From positions 19,415,045-19,479,044 of the forward strand of contig NC_092680.1 of NCBI RefSeq assembly GCF_964355755.1: a stretch of DNA of 64,000 nucleotides, written 5' to 3'. The notes beneath the pieces were generated by a model, which ran no database searches, was not told where the DNA came from, and saw only the letters and a program-made list of their open reading frames with translations. Every line of letters begins with the position of its first letter. The first letter of the stretch is position 1. The DNA comes from Antedon mediterranea. Its lineage: Eukaryota; Animalia; Echinodermata. Position numbers and translations under genes: made by a program. This document shows positions 39,701-54,700 of the stretch, in pieces.

Positions 39701-42700
39701 CAATATTAAATCAAAATGTACTCATACCTGTGGTGCACCATAAAGTAATAGGTGTCTAGGGCGAAATTTACTTTTCGGTTCTGATTCATAATAGTGGGGG
39801 TTAGGCTCCGTCCACAGCCTGCAGTAGGCACTCTTTGCTTCTGGTGTGTCAGAGCCTAAAAATGGCCTAACATTATTTATCCATGTTGTGTCAGCAGAGG
39901 GCAGTATTGTTGATATTAAAGGCATAGTCTAGAACAAATTTAGGGAAATAAAAAATGATGAGATATATTATTTTCACACTGCTGCTCTAGCCATGAGGAC
40001 TACTCATTCATAAGCTAAAGCAAGCAGCAGTTATAGTATCTTTGTAAACTCGACTATAATTTATAGATCTCAGCTGCTGGACCCAAAAAACACCTGGGAA
40101 AAATAGTCTGAGGGCTCACAGTTGAATGATTTTGGATTCTTCAACTGACTGGAAAGAATTTTACAGAAGTCATGTTGTCTCTAGAGGGTATTCAGTTGCA
40201 TGCCAACAGGTTGAGGTCACACACACACACACACAGCACATTAAAGTTGAACATTGACCATTTTTAAATGGGCATGTGAATCATAATTAAAGAACTAACT
40301 TTGGTTTGTATGTATTTTTGCAATTAAAGGACATTTTTTAAATAATTAATCATAAATATATCTGAAGAAAGAACAATGATTAATTTTAAAATGTTGAGCA
40401 GCGTTTTTTGTACAAAATATTTCTTGTTTAAAACTATATTGCTATGTGGAAATAATGAGATGAAATGTTTTTAACACTGTAGCCAACCCCTACTAAGGGG
40501 ACTTATGTATTAAGGAGATACTTTGTCCCAAGAAGGTCTCCTTAATAAGATTGTACTGTAATTAAAACTTACCGTTCTCTTTATAAGTTTTTTATACACT
40601 GTCTTAGAAACAACTACAATTGGTAGCTTATGAGAGTTCTTATTTTCTGCTTCTTCATGACTACAATCTCTTCCTACTTCTCTAGATTCCTCAGACTCTG
40701 GTTTTCTACTGAAACTAGGTACAGGGCTGGTGGCAGACGACACACAGTTTGTCGGTGCAGCGTCCGAGCTTTCTATTTCCTGACTGAAACTGTGAGGACT
40801 CTTACTTCTGCTGGGAGATGGCATTTGGTTTATTGTAGTGGAATGTGGAATATCATTATGTGGAACTTTTCCCGGTGTGCGTACGGTCGTGTCAGCCGGT
40901 TTAATTTGATTGCTGCCCTCAACGCTGGAATCTTCCTGGATGGACTCGATAGGAATTGAAGGAGGTGTTGCAATATCATAATCGATAGTGCCTTCATCAT
41001 CGTCCTCTTCATCTTCTTCATCACTGTCTTCAGGTGTGGTTACGACCTCTTTCAAAAGGTCAGCGCTAACATAGCGACTGGCCAATCCAATTTCTTCTTC
41101 TAGGCTAGCCTGATTTAATTGGCCATGATTGACCAGCCTAAGGTCAATATAGCGAACAGATCTGCAACAAGAAATATGTATAGAAAATAATGGATTGCTT
41201 TTTCCAAAATAGTAAGGATTTTACAAACTTTGTTGAAAACCAGTATTGGAATTTTTGTTTGTAGTGCAAGACAACAGTCTAAAGGCTTATTTAAATTACT
41301 AATTACTATTTTAGCTACAATTTTGAAACAGTGGCACGCTCCTAATAGAAAAATTATTACATTTGTCTTCTGAGAGCCTAGAGTGAATTAACTAAGTATA
41401 TTGAAGGTACAATCAACCATTTCAGAAAATCTCCCAAAATTATGAATTACCATCAAACACACCTTCAGACTTTTCAGAACACTAGATCAGCACAAAGATG
41501 TCTGGTAATAAAGTTGACTGTACATTAATTTCAATTGCAAACACTTTCGAAACATCATTTTCTTACCGTGGGTATTTTTCTCCACATGTATGTTTACCAC
41601 TGACAACCATTATACAAGGTAGTCCCTCCAGGTCACTGTAGGTTTGTGGTTTCCAGCTACTTCCTGCACCCTTTCTGGCCTAACAAAATAAATAGTAGAA
41701 TTCAGTAACATGCAAGCACACTCTAAGGTAACTTGGGGGGCTCAATAACTAGGAATCTTTGGTTGCAACAAGATCAGTTCCACGCCTCCTAAACGCTTGA
41801 ATGAATTTTGAATGGCCTCTTGGCTTCTTCAAACAGACACAGCGCTGGAAAATATGCACATAGTACAGTCCTGTAACCAATATGAATTTGTCACAGCCAA
41901 TCATAAGATCAAAGGACTGTTAAGAGTTCCTATCTTGTCAAAGCAAGCTAAGCATCCTGTTCTTAAACAATATTTCAAAAATCTAAAACATAGACAAACC
42001 TGCAGACGTTTCAGAAAGTAGTTATCTAGAATGATCTCCTGGTCACCGCTGCACAACAGAATATCCAGACGATACTGAAGACCCATCTTATCACGAACTG
42101 TCCGTAATTTATCATGCGCTAAAATGGCCAATTGCGGTGATTGAATACGAAGAATAATAGAAGGACCTGTCCCACACGTGCTGTGCATTGGCTCAGTTAC
42201 GACGTCTTGCACCATTTTTAACGTTGTCGCAGTAGATGAGGTGCTCACACTTGGAATACCCGATAACGCCATGAAAGCAGCAGAATATTGCCGAATTAGG
42301 AGGTATGTACGGACCACACAACTGTGCAACTTTGGATATCTGACGATAAAATATAATTTTTTGTTTATTCAAATTGCAGTTTTTAATAATGCCACACTAA
42401 AGTAAAAAATAAAGTTAGATAAATCAAGATAACTATTATAAGTAAAAGTAAGTATTAATAAGCTCTCTGGATTCTAGGTCATAGGTCGTTTCAAGTTGAA
42501 AGAAAAGTAGGATCCTTTACTCTATATTGACTTCAGTCGCTTCTAATTAATGACATGAGGTTAAAATGAAGCTAGAAAATATTTTAAATTACTACAATCC
42601 GCCTAGCCGACATTAAGCTATCAAAATGGTTAATTTTTTATCCTGTTACCTTCTAAGAAGTTCATCTGATACAGTTTCGAAGCATTCGTCTGTTTGTATA

Positions 42701-45700
42701 TGAGGAGTAACATTACTCCACTCTAGCGTTGATTTCAATTGTTCCAAGCCAAAGTATGTCAATTCACTATCAACACCAGCCTGTCATAAAAGATGAAAAA
42801 TGAATGAAGATTTGTAGGATTTATTCAAATTTTAATTCTCTTATTATTATTATTTTGGATATAAAATATAAATTGAAAAATAAACCTAAAAAAAGAAAAT
42901 CTAGTCAGAATCTACATCAAAGCCTTTAATAAATAAAGTTGTTTATTTTTTTATTTATTTATTACCATCTTTAATGAGGGTGACCTGAACTGATTATTAA
43001 GGCCCTCGAAAAAACATACAAGTACAAACATATCCAATATAGATATTCAAAACAAATACATAACAAGTATATAACATTAGGAAATACCATTAATTAATGC
43101 TACTACATAGCTACTCTTACCTGTACTGTAGACGTTGGCATACAGATTTCATTTTGTGGACTTATCATAGACCTTACTGTCTGCAGGTTGTATGGTGTAT
43201 GGCTGACCAGTAACATTAACACATTCTGTGCGTCTCTGATTTCATTGCAATGTAAAAAGTTATTTGAGGATGCGGTGTTAGGTCCATGTTGAACCCTGTT
43301 ATAAAACAAAATAATATATGCTGCTGATGATTTAACCGCTACAAAGTAGCTTTGAGTTTGGGACCAAAGTTGTTTGTTGACTTTAATGTATTTGGACTTG
43401 GTTAATACATTGAGATATTAGGGAGTATTTGATTTACGACAACCAACAACCTAACTAGGTCAGTTCAATTGATGTGTTGTCTGTTGTGTCTGAAACTAGA
43501 AACTATCAAAACTGTGTAGAGGCCAGGAAACATGTCCCAATATCCCCACACGCACACAATGAATTAACATGACATGTTAGTCATTGGTCATCGCAAATCA
43601 AAAGGTCCCTATTCTTCCTATTACAGAGTAGAAACAGGATCTGATCAATTAACAAAACAAAGTATCTATAAATTATTATGAATGCACTTTGTGTATGTAG
43701 ATTGGTAGGCATAGATGCAACACTATGGATGATGAATGCCCAGAGCGGCCACGAGCCCTAAAATGCACAGTGCATTGGTGTTTAAGCACTCTATGTTGCT
43801 CAGTTTCTGAATGCTTACTTTATTTAATAATAATAATAGTTAGTTCTTATAATATCACATATAAGCAAGCTCTCAATGGGCTGCACATTATTAACCCGGT
43901 CATTTTTTGGATCATAATCATAATGCAACTGGTAATCAGAGCAAAGTTGGGCCTTGATCTAACAGCTACCCATTTTATACACCTGGGTGAGAGAGAGAGG
44001 CAAATGCAAGTAAAGTGTCTTGCCTAAGGATACAAGCAATGCGGCGAGAGTTGGATTCGAACCACGATCAGTAATCCAACACACTGCGCCACACGCCCTT
44101 ACCCTTATTCAATGTTTACCTGTGTGCGTACTGGTGTGCCTGGTCATGTACAATCACAAACAAAGTGTACGGAGATTCTTTAACGCGTTTTACTAATGCT
44201 TCAAATCGTTCTTTCATAGCTGCTGTAGCATCACACTTTATTACAAACTTTTCTGCTAATTTATTCGTAACATTACTTCCAAGGTCAAGATCTGATAACA
44301 AATCTATGTAAAAGAAACACAAAATGATAATAATATAATTGAATAAAATCATGCCATCATTTCTTTTAAAAGATATAATTGTTAATTAATGATTTATACA
44401 GTCGCAATATAGCAAATTTGCATATTTCAAACCATTCAAATTTATTAACCATAAATTCATCTCTACTGGTATTATATGTATATACGCAGGTAACGGTTGT
44501 GGATTTTGAATTAAATTGTATTTACTTAGATAGGAGATTTATTTTAATTTTAAGGGTAAGTGTTTCTCTTAGCCTAAGTGTGAATGGTGAATACTGCCAC
44601 TGTTATGTTTTCGTATATGTTGGTAGGCAATAATATTTTTAATCTTTAGGAAGATAAATAACTAATCTTTATAAACTCACTTGATTGAACCAAACTCCTT
44701 GTGACTTGATGGTAAAGTACATTTGAGGCTGGTAAGATAACATGTAGCTCAACCTGAGTGAAGCGACCGAGGTCCAGGGCCATCTGGTCCGAATCGGCTA
44801 TTGCACATACTTGGGACAGGATTCTCATGGCCACTGCAATCTGCACTGGTGTTAGGGGCTCAGACTGTGTTCCACAATCTGTCAACAAATGACAAATGAG
44901 ATATTTATTATTTTTATTATTTATTCAGGCAAAAGATACATTTGATTTCATGATACATCATACTGTACTAAATCGTGTAAAATAGAGAATGTATCAATCA
45001 ATCACAGAACTAAAAGTAATACAGAGAAACCAGACTCTGAATACCAGAAATTTGCTGAAACTGTAAACTTTAAGGTTTCATTGTTCATTAATTACTAGGA
45101 TTAGCCCTGGTATAGAGTTTAGACAGTTGATTGTACCTCTGTATGAGCAAATCGCCAGTAGGAATTCTTCAGACAGTTTGTAGCATAAAGCTCTGTGTAC
45201 TAGTTTGACATAAAAGTGTTATGTGCTCAAATATGGTAGTGATATGACTAAATATGGTAGTGATTGACTAAATATGGTAGTGTTATATATGGGCACATCA
45301 CATTTTTTATTTGCATAAAGTTCATACAATGCTGAACAACCAAATTTTATTTCCTTTTGGAAAAACATGGTGTACCGCATATCTAACTTTACTAGTGTTT
45401 ATTTGCCATAACATGACATCATGTCCATACATTTTTTGTCGCATAAAGTTTGATAGTAAAGACAAAACCAAACTGTATTTCCTTTTGGAAACACATAGTG
45501 TACCACAAACCTATCTTTACTAGTGTGTATTCGCCATGCAAACATTTAAACAATATCAATTCACCTTTATTATTTGAACTAATCATGTTAGAGGCTAATG
45601 AGGTATCCACTCTACAAAGCTTGTCACCATTATATGGTAGCAATACTTTGTCTTGTCTTGCTGCAAACTTCCCCAACAGAACATCCAAATCTTCGGAAGC

Positions 45701-48700
45701 TAAAAACAAATAAGTACAGTAATAATTACCTCAGCCAGAATGATGATGAAGATGTGGTCGATCGTGTATTTTTTTGTATTTTTTTTTTTGTATTTTGTAT
45801 TAATATTTGTCCTCAGTGAGGAAATTCGGATTAGGCCCTCCACGGACCCACGGCAGCCAGCAGTGCAGCGCCTACCAGATTAGGCAATGAGAGTAAAGCA
45901 TCTTGCCTAAGGATGCAATTAGTATGGTACAGATAACCTCGAACCCATGCCTATCACATGCTAGTCCGATATTACCATTACACCATCACTCTCCAGTATA
46001 TACAGCACCCTGCCACGATTTCTAGACGGTCTCCCATCCAGAACGCAACCGGGCCCAACGTTGCTTAACTTCGGTGATCTGACGAGAACCGGTGTTTCAA
46101 CGCAGTATGGCCGTATATATGTGTGCATATGTCTGTTTGCTTCTTTCTATGTCTAGGATTACTCAAAAAGTTGTTGCTCGATTTTCAAAGATTTTAAAGG
46201 ATAGTTTCAGATTTGTATGGGAAAATATCATTACATTTTCAAATGAGGTTTATGCAACATATAAATACATTTAGTAGGAACCAGTTTACTTACCTATATT
46301 GTTCTTTTTAAAGTGATTAGTGAGCAGTTGTATTTTTCCTGTAATAATTTCATAACTTATCTCTTTAAATGTTTCATTAACTGTTAAGCGTGCCTCAACC
46401 AAAGCCCGCGTTTGCCTTGTACCTAAAACAAAAACATAATTCTATTATAAGCTTACATTGCATTTTTCAGAGTACTTAATACAGTATCCAGATTCTTTTC
46501 TTTTGAGGCGAGCGAGTGCCATCACTAAATACAAATGGCACACCTACAACATCCCTGAATGTATTGAGGAGCACAATTTGTAGCACACCTATAATTTTAA
46601 AAAGATAAGGCCTGCAGTTTTTAACCAATGGTAGAACATCTTTAGTTATTTTTTTGTTTTAAATTTGTTGATGTTTTTTTTTTTACTGTACATTTTGTCT
46701 TAACTTTTTATCTTTAATGTTTTAATTTTTTTTTATTTTTCTGCATTTCATATATTGTTATATCCAATCACAATTAATTGATTGCAATAGAAGAATATGA
46801 ATTTTTAATTGATTCAGATAGTCGAGAAATATTGTGATGGTATCATATGTATACTGTATATTTTAAATCAATATTTTTGATCTTCACAAAATACCACTAT
46901 ACAAATATGCCATTACTATTCAACGTTAAGGTAGTAGGCTCTACTGTGCTCTTGTCATATTTGTTTAACTGTGCATTACACTGCATTGTGCACTTATTTT
47001 GACAATATTTTCTTTCACTAACCTGATACAACAATACAAAACTCTGTTCCTCTCATTCGAGAAACGTGAATTATTAATGTGAATAGAGGGCGCTGTCTTG
47101 ATAATGAAGGCTTCTGTAACAACTTAAGAATATCCGCTATTCCGTCTGCTATGCCAGTCTACAATATTACACAAGTAAACTTTGTTATTAATCAATACAA
47201 TACAAGCACATTAACAAGTACTGTTATGAAGATATGTCAATCTCTATGTAGCTAACTAACACTTAGGCATGTTCAGACCTTACAGAGTTATCTTTTTTAT
47301 ATTGTGCGCATCGTAAAACTCCCTAGGTATGTACCACAATAAATTAGCAGAAGCCACTTCTTACGACACTGACCATTTGTTCGTTCATGGAATTATATTC
47401 GTTACGACAACTCAATGTACAAGATTAGTGTACTCACTAAACGCTTAATCAAAAGTATTAACACTTTTCTATTACAAAGCTAAATATGAGTGGAAGGGCC
47501 TCTGTGTGGAAGGCGTTTGGGTGGAAGGTCTCCTGGTGGAAGGCGTCTGGGTGTGGAAGGGCCTCTGGGTGGAAGGGCGTTTGGGTGGAAGGGCCTCTGG
47601 GTGGAAGGGCCTCTGGGTAGAAGGACCTCTGGGTAGAAGGACCTCTGGTTGGAAGGACCTCTGGTCTGAACATACGCTTAGTTAATCATGGTTAGAAATG
47701 TGCATATGGAGGAATCTTATACTTAAGTGGTTAAGATGCCAGAGCCAGAATATGGTAGAAATAAAATAATCATTTTTTATAGAATTTCTTCATATTAAAC
47801 GATTCTTGGTTCAAATCTCATTCTCTCAGATTTCCTTACCTTTACCGTTTATATAAATATAATACATTTTTCATTATATCAATGGGCAGTTTTCATGCCT
47901 GTCAAATTATAGGCCGTATTGGTTATATATTGAAATGCAAAGACAAGACTTACTTGAGCGACATGTACAGCAACTCGTCCACTAGATCCGGTAACTGCAA
48001 GTTTTGCAAGAAGTGGTAATTGCAACGGCGCCACTGTGGTGAATTGTGGGATATTATGTTGGTTGTTGAGATCCTTAATGACTGTTTCCTGTCTTGCCTT
48101 CAACAACGCAAGTTCAAACTCTTCACAGCTTAGAGGTTCATCTCCTAATAATAAAAAACATAGGGCTGTTAACCAGTGATGTAGCTATGTACTTGGGTAG
48201 AATGCCTCTGGGTAGAAGGGCCTCTGGGTGGAAGGGCGTTTGGGTGGAAGGGCCTCTGGGTAAAAGGGCCTCTGGGTGGAAGGGCCTCTGGGTGGAAGGG
48301 CCTCTGGGTGGAATACCTCTGGGTGGAAGGGCCTCTTGCTGGAATGCTTCTGGGTGGAATGCTTCTGGGAGAAAAGGCTTCTGGGTAGAAGGGCCTCTGG
48401 GTAGAAGGGCCTCTGGGTGGAAAGGGCTCTGGGTGGAAGGGCCTCTAGGTGGAATACCTCTGGGTGGAATACCTCTGGGTGGAAGGGCCTCTTGGTGGAA
48501 TGCCTCTGGGTGGAAGGGCCTCTGGGAGAAAGGCCCTCTGGGTGAAAAAAATTACAAAATAAATGGTCAAATTCAACCAAACCAGCCAATGTGCATAACT
48601 ATTATGCAACTTTAAAATGGCATATTAGAAAAAAAATGTTTCAAGAATTATTTTATTACATAGTAGATGTTTTTAATGATTAAATTATTACAGCTACAGC

Positions 48701-51700
48701 TATCCTTGGCAAACCAATCTAATTATGTATTTTTATATACATTTTATTCATTGAAATGCTACTAAGAAATTAGACTACATCAAAGTCAATAATTAACAAT
48801 AATTCTACAAAGTTCTTTTACGGCAAATAAGTTTTTGAAAATTGAATGAAATGATTATCTTTTTTGGGCAACATCTGACATTTGGAGAAAAAAAAGTATA
48901 ATACTATTTGTCAATTCAGTAAATGAATGTTTTTTAAAATGTTTTATTTTTCATCATCTAAATGTCAAACATTTAATTTGTTATAAATGTCAAAACATAA
49001 AAAGAATTCTTTGAGAATAATTCAAATGCAAGTAGAATTACATTAAGACCTGCGACAATATGCGGTGCATCAAGAGGTGACATTAACTACTACGCATTTA
49101 TTTACAGGACACATTTTTAAAGTTCAAAATGATTTAATTCCAAGATATTATGTTGCTTCAAATGTTAAAGGGGAAACTCAGGGTTCACAATGACTATTAA
49201 GTATAAAATATAATCATTTTTGGCCATACTGATGACAACATTTTTTTGTGTAAAATGTTTGTGTTTTTAGAAACTACAATAGTGTTAATATTAAAGGAGA
49301 AGAAATTTATCAAAATGGATTGTTTTTCTATACATTTTTTCTAGAAATAATGACATGTACTAAAGAAATTTCTGTATGAATTTAAAACGGTTATTGGGTA
49401 AAAAGGCAATATTCAATAATAATTTTGAACAATTTTAAAATTACTATTAATTTATTCATTAATTGAATAATTAAAAAAAATTTGTTTAGCATACTTAAAA
49501 TTAAACCGTGACTTGTATTAACAAAAAAAAAAGTAAATTAGTTTCAAATAAATTTAAAATTAGATATATCACAATATGAAAATATACGTATAATTAATTC
49601 ATTAAATGACAAAAAAATTAAATTAAAAAGCAATTTAATATTAAACAATAACAATTTTGAACATTTTAATTTATTCATTAATTTAAAAATGTTTGCAATT
49701 TCATTTTTTAATTATATAACTTTTTTTTATATATTTGTTTAAATTTAATTTTAGCATGTACTTAAAATTATTGAGCAAGTTAAATATTAAATAATTTTAA
49801 ATGTTTTAAAAAGTCAAAATAAGGCATATTATATTATCTCGCTGATAAACTTAAAAATTTGTATTTTCCTTTAAATTTCCTATTAAGATATAATATAATT
49901 CTAAAGTAGACAAGTAGTAGAAGTAGTAATGCAGTCAACATATAAATAATGTACAACATGTGTGCTCAGAATCTTTCCTTAATCAAAGCAATTTTTCTTA
50001 ACATAAATAATAAATGATATTATGAAACTTATCTGTGGTAACATAATTATAAAAAAATGTATTTATAATGTAATTCATACAAATTTAATGCTGGTAATTA
50101 ATGTATAAATTATACATGGTATGGAGTTTAAGAAGTATCTAGTAGAACATATTTATTTTTAAAATATACATTTCATAATTATTAGTAGAAGCAGTCAGCG
50201 GCTTGATCTTAAAATTTAGTTCCGGGTTTAAAATTTCTATAGATAATTGGAAAATATAATCCATTGCAACAACATTTATTCTTTATTTAGTATCAGCGAC
50301 TTATATAAGTCAAAGATGCACTCTTACCATCCTGAGATTAGAGCATGTCTTATTTTAATTAGTAATACAGATTATTTTGTTAATTTATACGTAATGTTAC
50401 TTTCTATGGACCAGAAGATCTCGACATAAAAGAATGAAAGAACAATCCTAGTTCATTTTCACATCTCAGTTTTCTTTTTGCAATGGACCCCATTGGAAAA
50501 AAATTGACTTATCATTTTATGGGTCATCCTTGCATCCATTCACTGTGGTTTTATACATTTTTAAATCACATTTTTTTGCATTTCTTCTTTGTTTATGTAT
50601 TTTAAATGTATTGTTGAATGGATGCTAAATGAATAAATAAAAAATTAATATATTCTGATAGCGGTGATTTTGAATTTAAGAATTGCTATATATTTTAGTT
50701 TGAATATTAAATTACATTTTATTGCTGAAAGCAACACAATATAAAATGTATTATACATTCTTTGTGTTTTCTTCAAAGAATTATTAGTGGAAAAAAAAAA
50801 TTCAATATCAAAAAATCAACAGCGGTTTTAGACAGATTGTCAAGCGTGACTAATATCGACAAGAAATGATGAGAATTGTAAATAGGATTTTTTATAACGA
50901 TGACATTAAAGAGTTTGGTAAGCATTTGCATAATATGAAAACAAGACATTTGTGCTTTTTTATATTTTAAATAAAAGCCCTGGCAATATTATGTATATTA
51001 TTTATTTGCAGAAGGGTTCAATTTGTTCCTATAGCATTGTGTAATTGTATTTATTTTATTATTTATTTTATTTTGGTTTTTTTTTTTTTAAATAAAAAAT
51101 TGCCAAATAATTTGTTACAAATAAACATTTGGTATACAGTAGTTAGTTATGTCAAAAACATTTATACTGCAGTTACTGCAGAACTTTTTTTTTACTTTTA
51201 CTAGTTTATGAGGTAGTCACTGTAATAACCAGTGTTATTTAGCTAAATAACTGGCAAAATATAGTTACTGCAGTAAAAAAATAAATGTTTAAAAAAATTT
51301 GTGTTTACATTGTAAACAAAAATGTTCATATAGAACCAGGACAATTGTAAACTTTATAATATTGCCTTAAAACAATAACAGTGTTTGTATTTATCTTTAA
51401 TTCTTAGGCCATATAAACGAGGCCAAATACAATTAATATACGATGTGCTATTACAAATTAATTAATTTACCAAACGGTCAATCCCTCACTACAAATCAAC
51501 AGGGTACAGTTTACATACAATAAAATAATTAATGTATTAATTTAATTCTTAGGCCATAAAAACGAGGCCAAATACAATTAATATACGATGTGCTATTACA
51601 AATTAATTAATTTACCAAACGGTCAATCCCTCACTACAAATCAACAGGGTACAGTTTACATACAATAAAATAATGAATGTATTAATTTAATTCTTAGACC

Positions 51701-54700
51701 ATATAAACGAGGCCAAATACAATTAATATACGATGTGCTATTACAAATTAATTAATTTACCTAACGGTCAATCCCTCACTACAAATCAACAGGGTACAGT
51801 TTACATACAATAAAATAATTAATGTATTAATTTAATCAAAATATTAATCATCCATTAAGTATACTCACTATACTATATTGTGTTTTGTCTTATAATGAAA
51901 TAATAATAGTTCCTTACAGTTGTTATGGAATATCTATTACTTTTATAAATATTAATTAATTGATGGTTTTTTCCCGAGAAATGAATAAGTGATTTAATGT
52001 TTTCACGTTAATTCAATTTTTGAGATTATTTTTATATGGGTCACGATAACTAACATGTGGTTGCAATGTTTACTACTTATGAATTTAATGTTTCATTTAC
52101 TTTCATTATAATTTCATAAAACTGAGAAAAAGAAAATTAAAAATTTGTTAGTTTCATTTAATAGATTTACAATTCTCTATGATATAGATGATGAGGTTTG
52201 AAAATATAAAGTACTATATGAGTGAAAGCAATGCCTATAAAAAATAGACGGGCATTCACCACAAAGGATATAAACAAACATCAAATGAAATACAGCAATT
52301 CCAATTTAAAGAATAAAATATTTATACTCATGGATAAGCGTAGGTAAATAAGAAACTAAATGACACTGTCTCTTTAAAGATAATACAAATGAACTGACCT
52401 AGTTGTACGAGGTACTGAACCATGACTAGGACCATAGTTTCTAGATTCATGTTTTGCATGCCGATTAATCCTAGACTCTCAGCCACACTCTGCGGGATCT
52501 GCTGTGATGTCTTCAGACTGTGTCTGAATATGGGGCTTAACATGACGTCCATTACGTTGCCGTGGAAAAGCGGCGTTGGTCCACTGCACGTGAGGATTAT
52601 CACACGGCCGCCACACGCTTCCGCTAATCCGGGTGGAACAAAGCAAGTATCTTGCATACTGCTGGTGACAGGGGGTGGAACAAAGTTTGGTGGATGTACA
52701 CTGTGTGATGATGCCAGATGTTTGGGTGAAATTGGTTCTGAATATCAACAAAAAAATATATTAATAACTAAACATTATTTAATATCAATTTAACTTTAAT
52801 ATAATATTCTGTACGTAATTTTGTGAAAATGAAAAAAAAAAATTATTTTATCAACTAAATATTTATTTAATATCAATTTAACTTATAATATAAAATTGTG
52901 TAAGAAAATTTGTGAAAATGAAAAGAAAAAAATACTTATTAATTATTAATAACTGTATATTTGTAGGTGTTTTTGTAGAATTGGCTCTGAAAACTAACAC
53001 TTATTATATATTTATTAATATTAATGTTGATTTGAGAACTTGATTTAGCTAAAATTTCTTGCTTTGACAAACATTATTATTTATTAAAATTTATTCAGAA
53101 ACAACCAATATTTTCAGGTGCAAAAATATATCAAATATTAATTATTAAAGATTAAATATTTAAAATAAAAATCTAGAATTATATTATTTACATTTATGAA
53201 TATCATAAGGATAACAAATCAAAATCATTATCTATTTAATATTTTATATAATACTTTTATATAATTTAATTTTTTTTATATTTATATAATTTTGTACGAC
53301 AGTTGTTATAGTTTGTTAAAGCGATCAGGATCCTTCACAATATTTCCTAACATTTTTACTTTAATAATCTATTTTTGTTTTATTTACGAGCAAATTATGT
53401 GATAAAAGATAAACATTAGGATCATGTAAAAATCATCCTACTGCAGTTACTGCAGTATCTATGTTTTGTTTACTCTTTAACCTGTTTATGCAATTATTTC
53501 TTAACAAGATTTTTTAATATAATCCAGTTACAGTAATTTATTGCTGTAACTGCATCATAAACTTGTATTGAAACAAACTAAAATCATACATTACTGCAGT
53601 AAAAAAATTAGTTGCTGCAGTGACTGCAGTACAATAATTTTAACATGATCCCTTAATATATTTACGTTCAACTGTTGGAGACTGGCAATTTCTATTACAG
53701 TATTTTTTCCTGAGAAATTTGATACCTTTTAAAATGCCACAGTTAAATTTACATATTATTACATGATAACAGTCAGAATATAGGTTAAGTATGATTATAA
53801 AAAAGTACTTGGTTTGTGGGTGGCCTAGCTACATTAATTACTGCATCGTGTTAAGGACATTTATAACTGTCTATAATTTACGCACTTAACACCCAGTATC
53901 ATTTAAATCTAGGTGTTATCTAGGTGTTACTTTTATTGGTCAAATTAGAATTATAGTATATGGAATTTTTAATATTGTTTAAGTTAGGTTTGCAGTATGG
54001 TACTAAAGTATGGTTGAGAAAGTTGCAAAAATAAGGGGCATGAGAACATTTTGGGCTTTACATTAATAAAATAGAATCCTATATAAAATATCCTAAATTG
54101 TTTATTTCAATAATCAATTTTTTTGTTATTTACGAGTACTACAGTATTGTAAAAAAAATTAAATTTCTAATATAAAATAGAAACAGTTTTGCGCAACTCA
54201 TATAAGTTTATTGATCATAAATAGGCTAAGCAGCAGTGTGAAATAATTAATATTTCAAACATGTTTCTTTGCATATTAAACATTTTAGGAGATGCGTTGT
54301 TTATCTTGTCCAATTGATGCAATGAAATTAAAAATGAATCGTATTGTAATTGTAGATGACAAAAAGTATTAACTTAAATAAAAATCAGACAAAGAAAAAT
54401 GTATCAATTTTATTAAATGGTTGGCAAGATAGATCAATAGTTGATCAATCAACCATTGATCCACCATTTTATGGGGGAAATTTTTTTTTTTATTTTTAAA
54501 AATAAATATAACTGAAAGCTCTATATCATTCAAAGGAGTTACTAAAATAGATGCAAAAAGATGTTAGTAATTTACGATTTAAAAATTCAAATGATCACCT
54601 GGACGAATAACATGAGGACGCTCTCCATCCATACTATATCGATGTCTTTTTTTCAAAGGCGGCTGCGCCGCACTTCCGTCACTTGGTGATGCGCCTCGTT

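Noticed and set aside
45998-46118. Functional 5S rRNA gene
   Set aside because: Solitary and intronic, loop E region altered, no Pol III terminator; kept only as 5S-like.
48094-48615. Gly/Trp-rich and Pro-rich ORFs on both strands (also 47458-47673)
   Set aside because: They are translations of the G-rich minisatellite.
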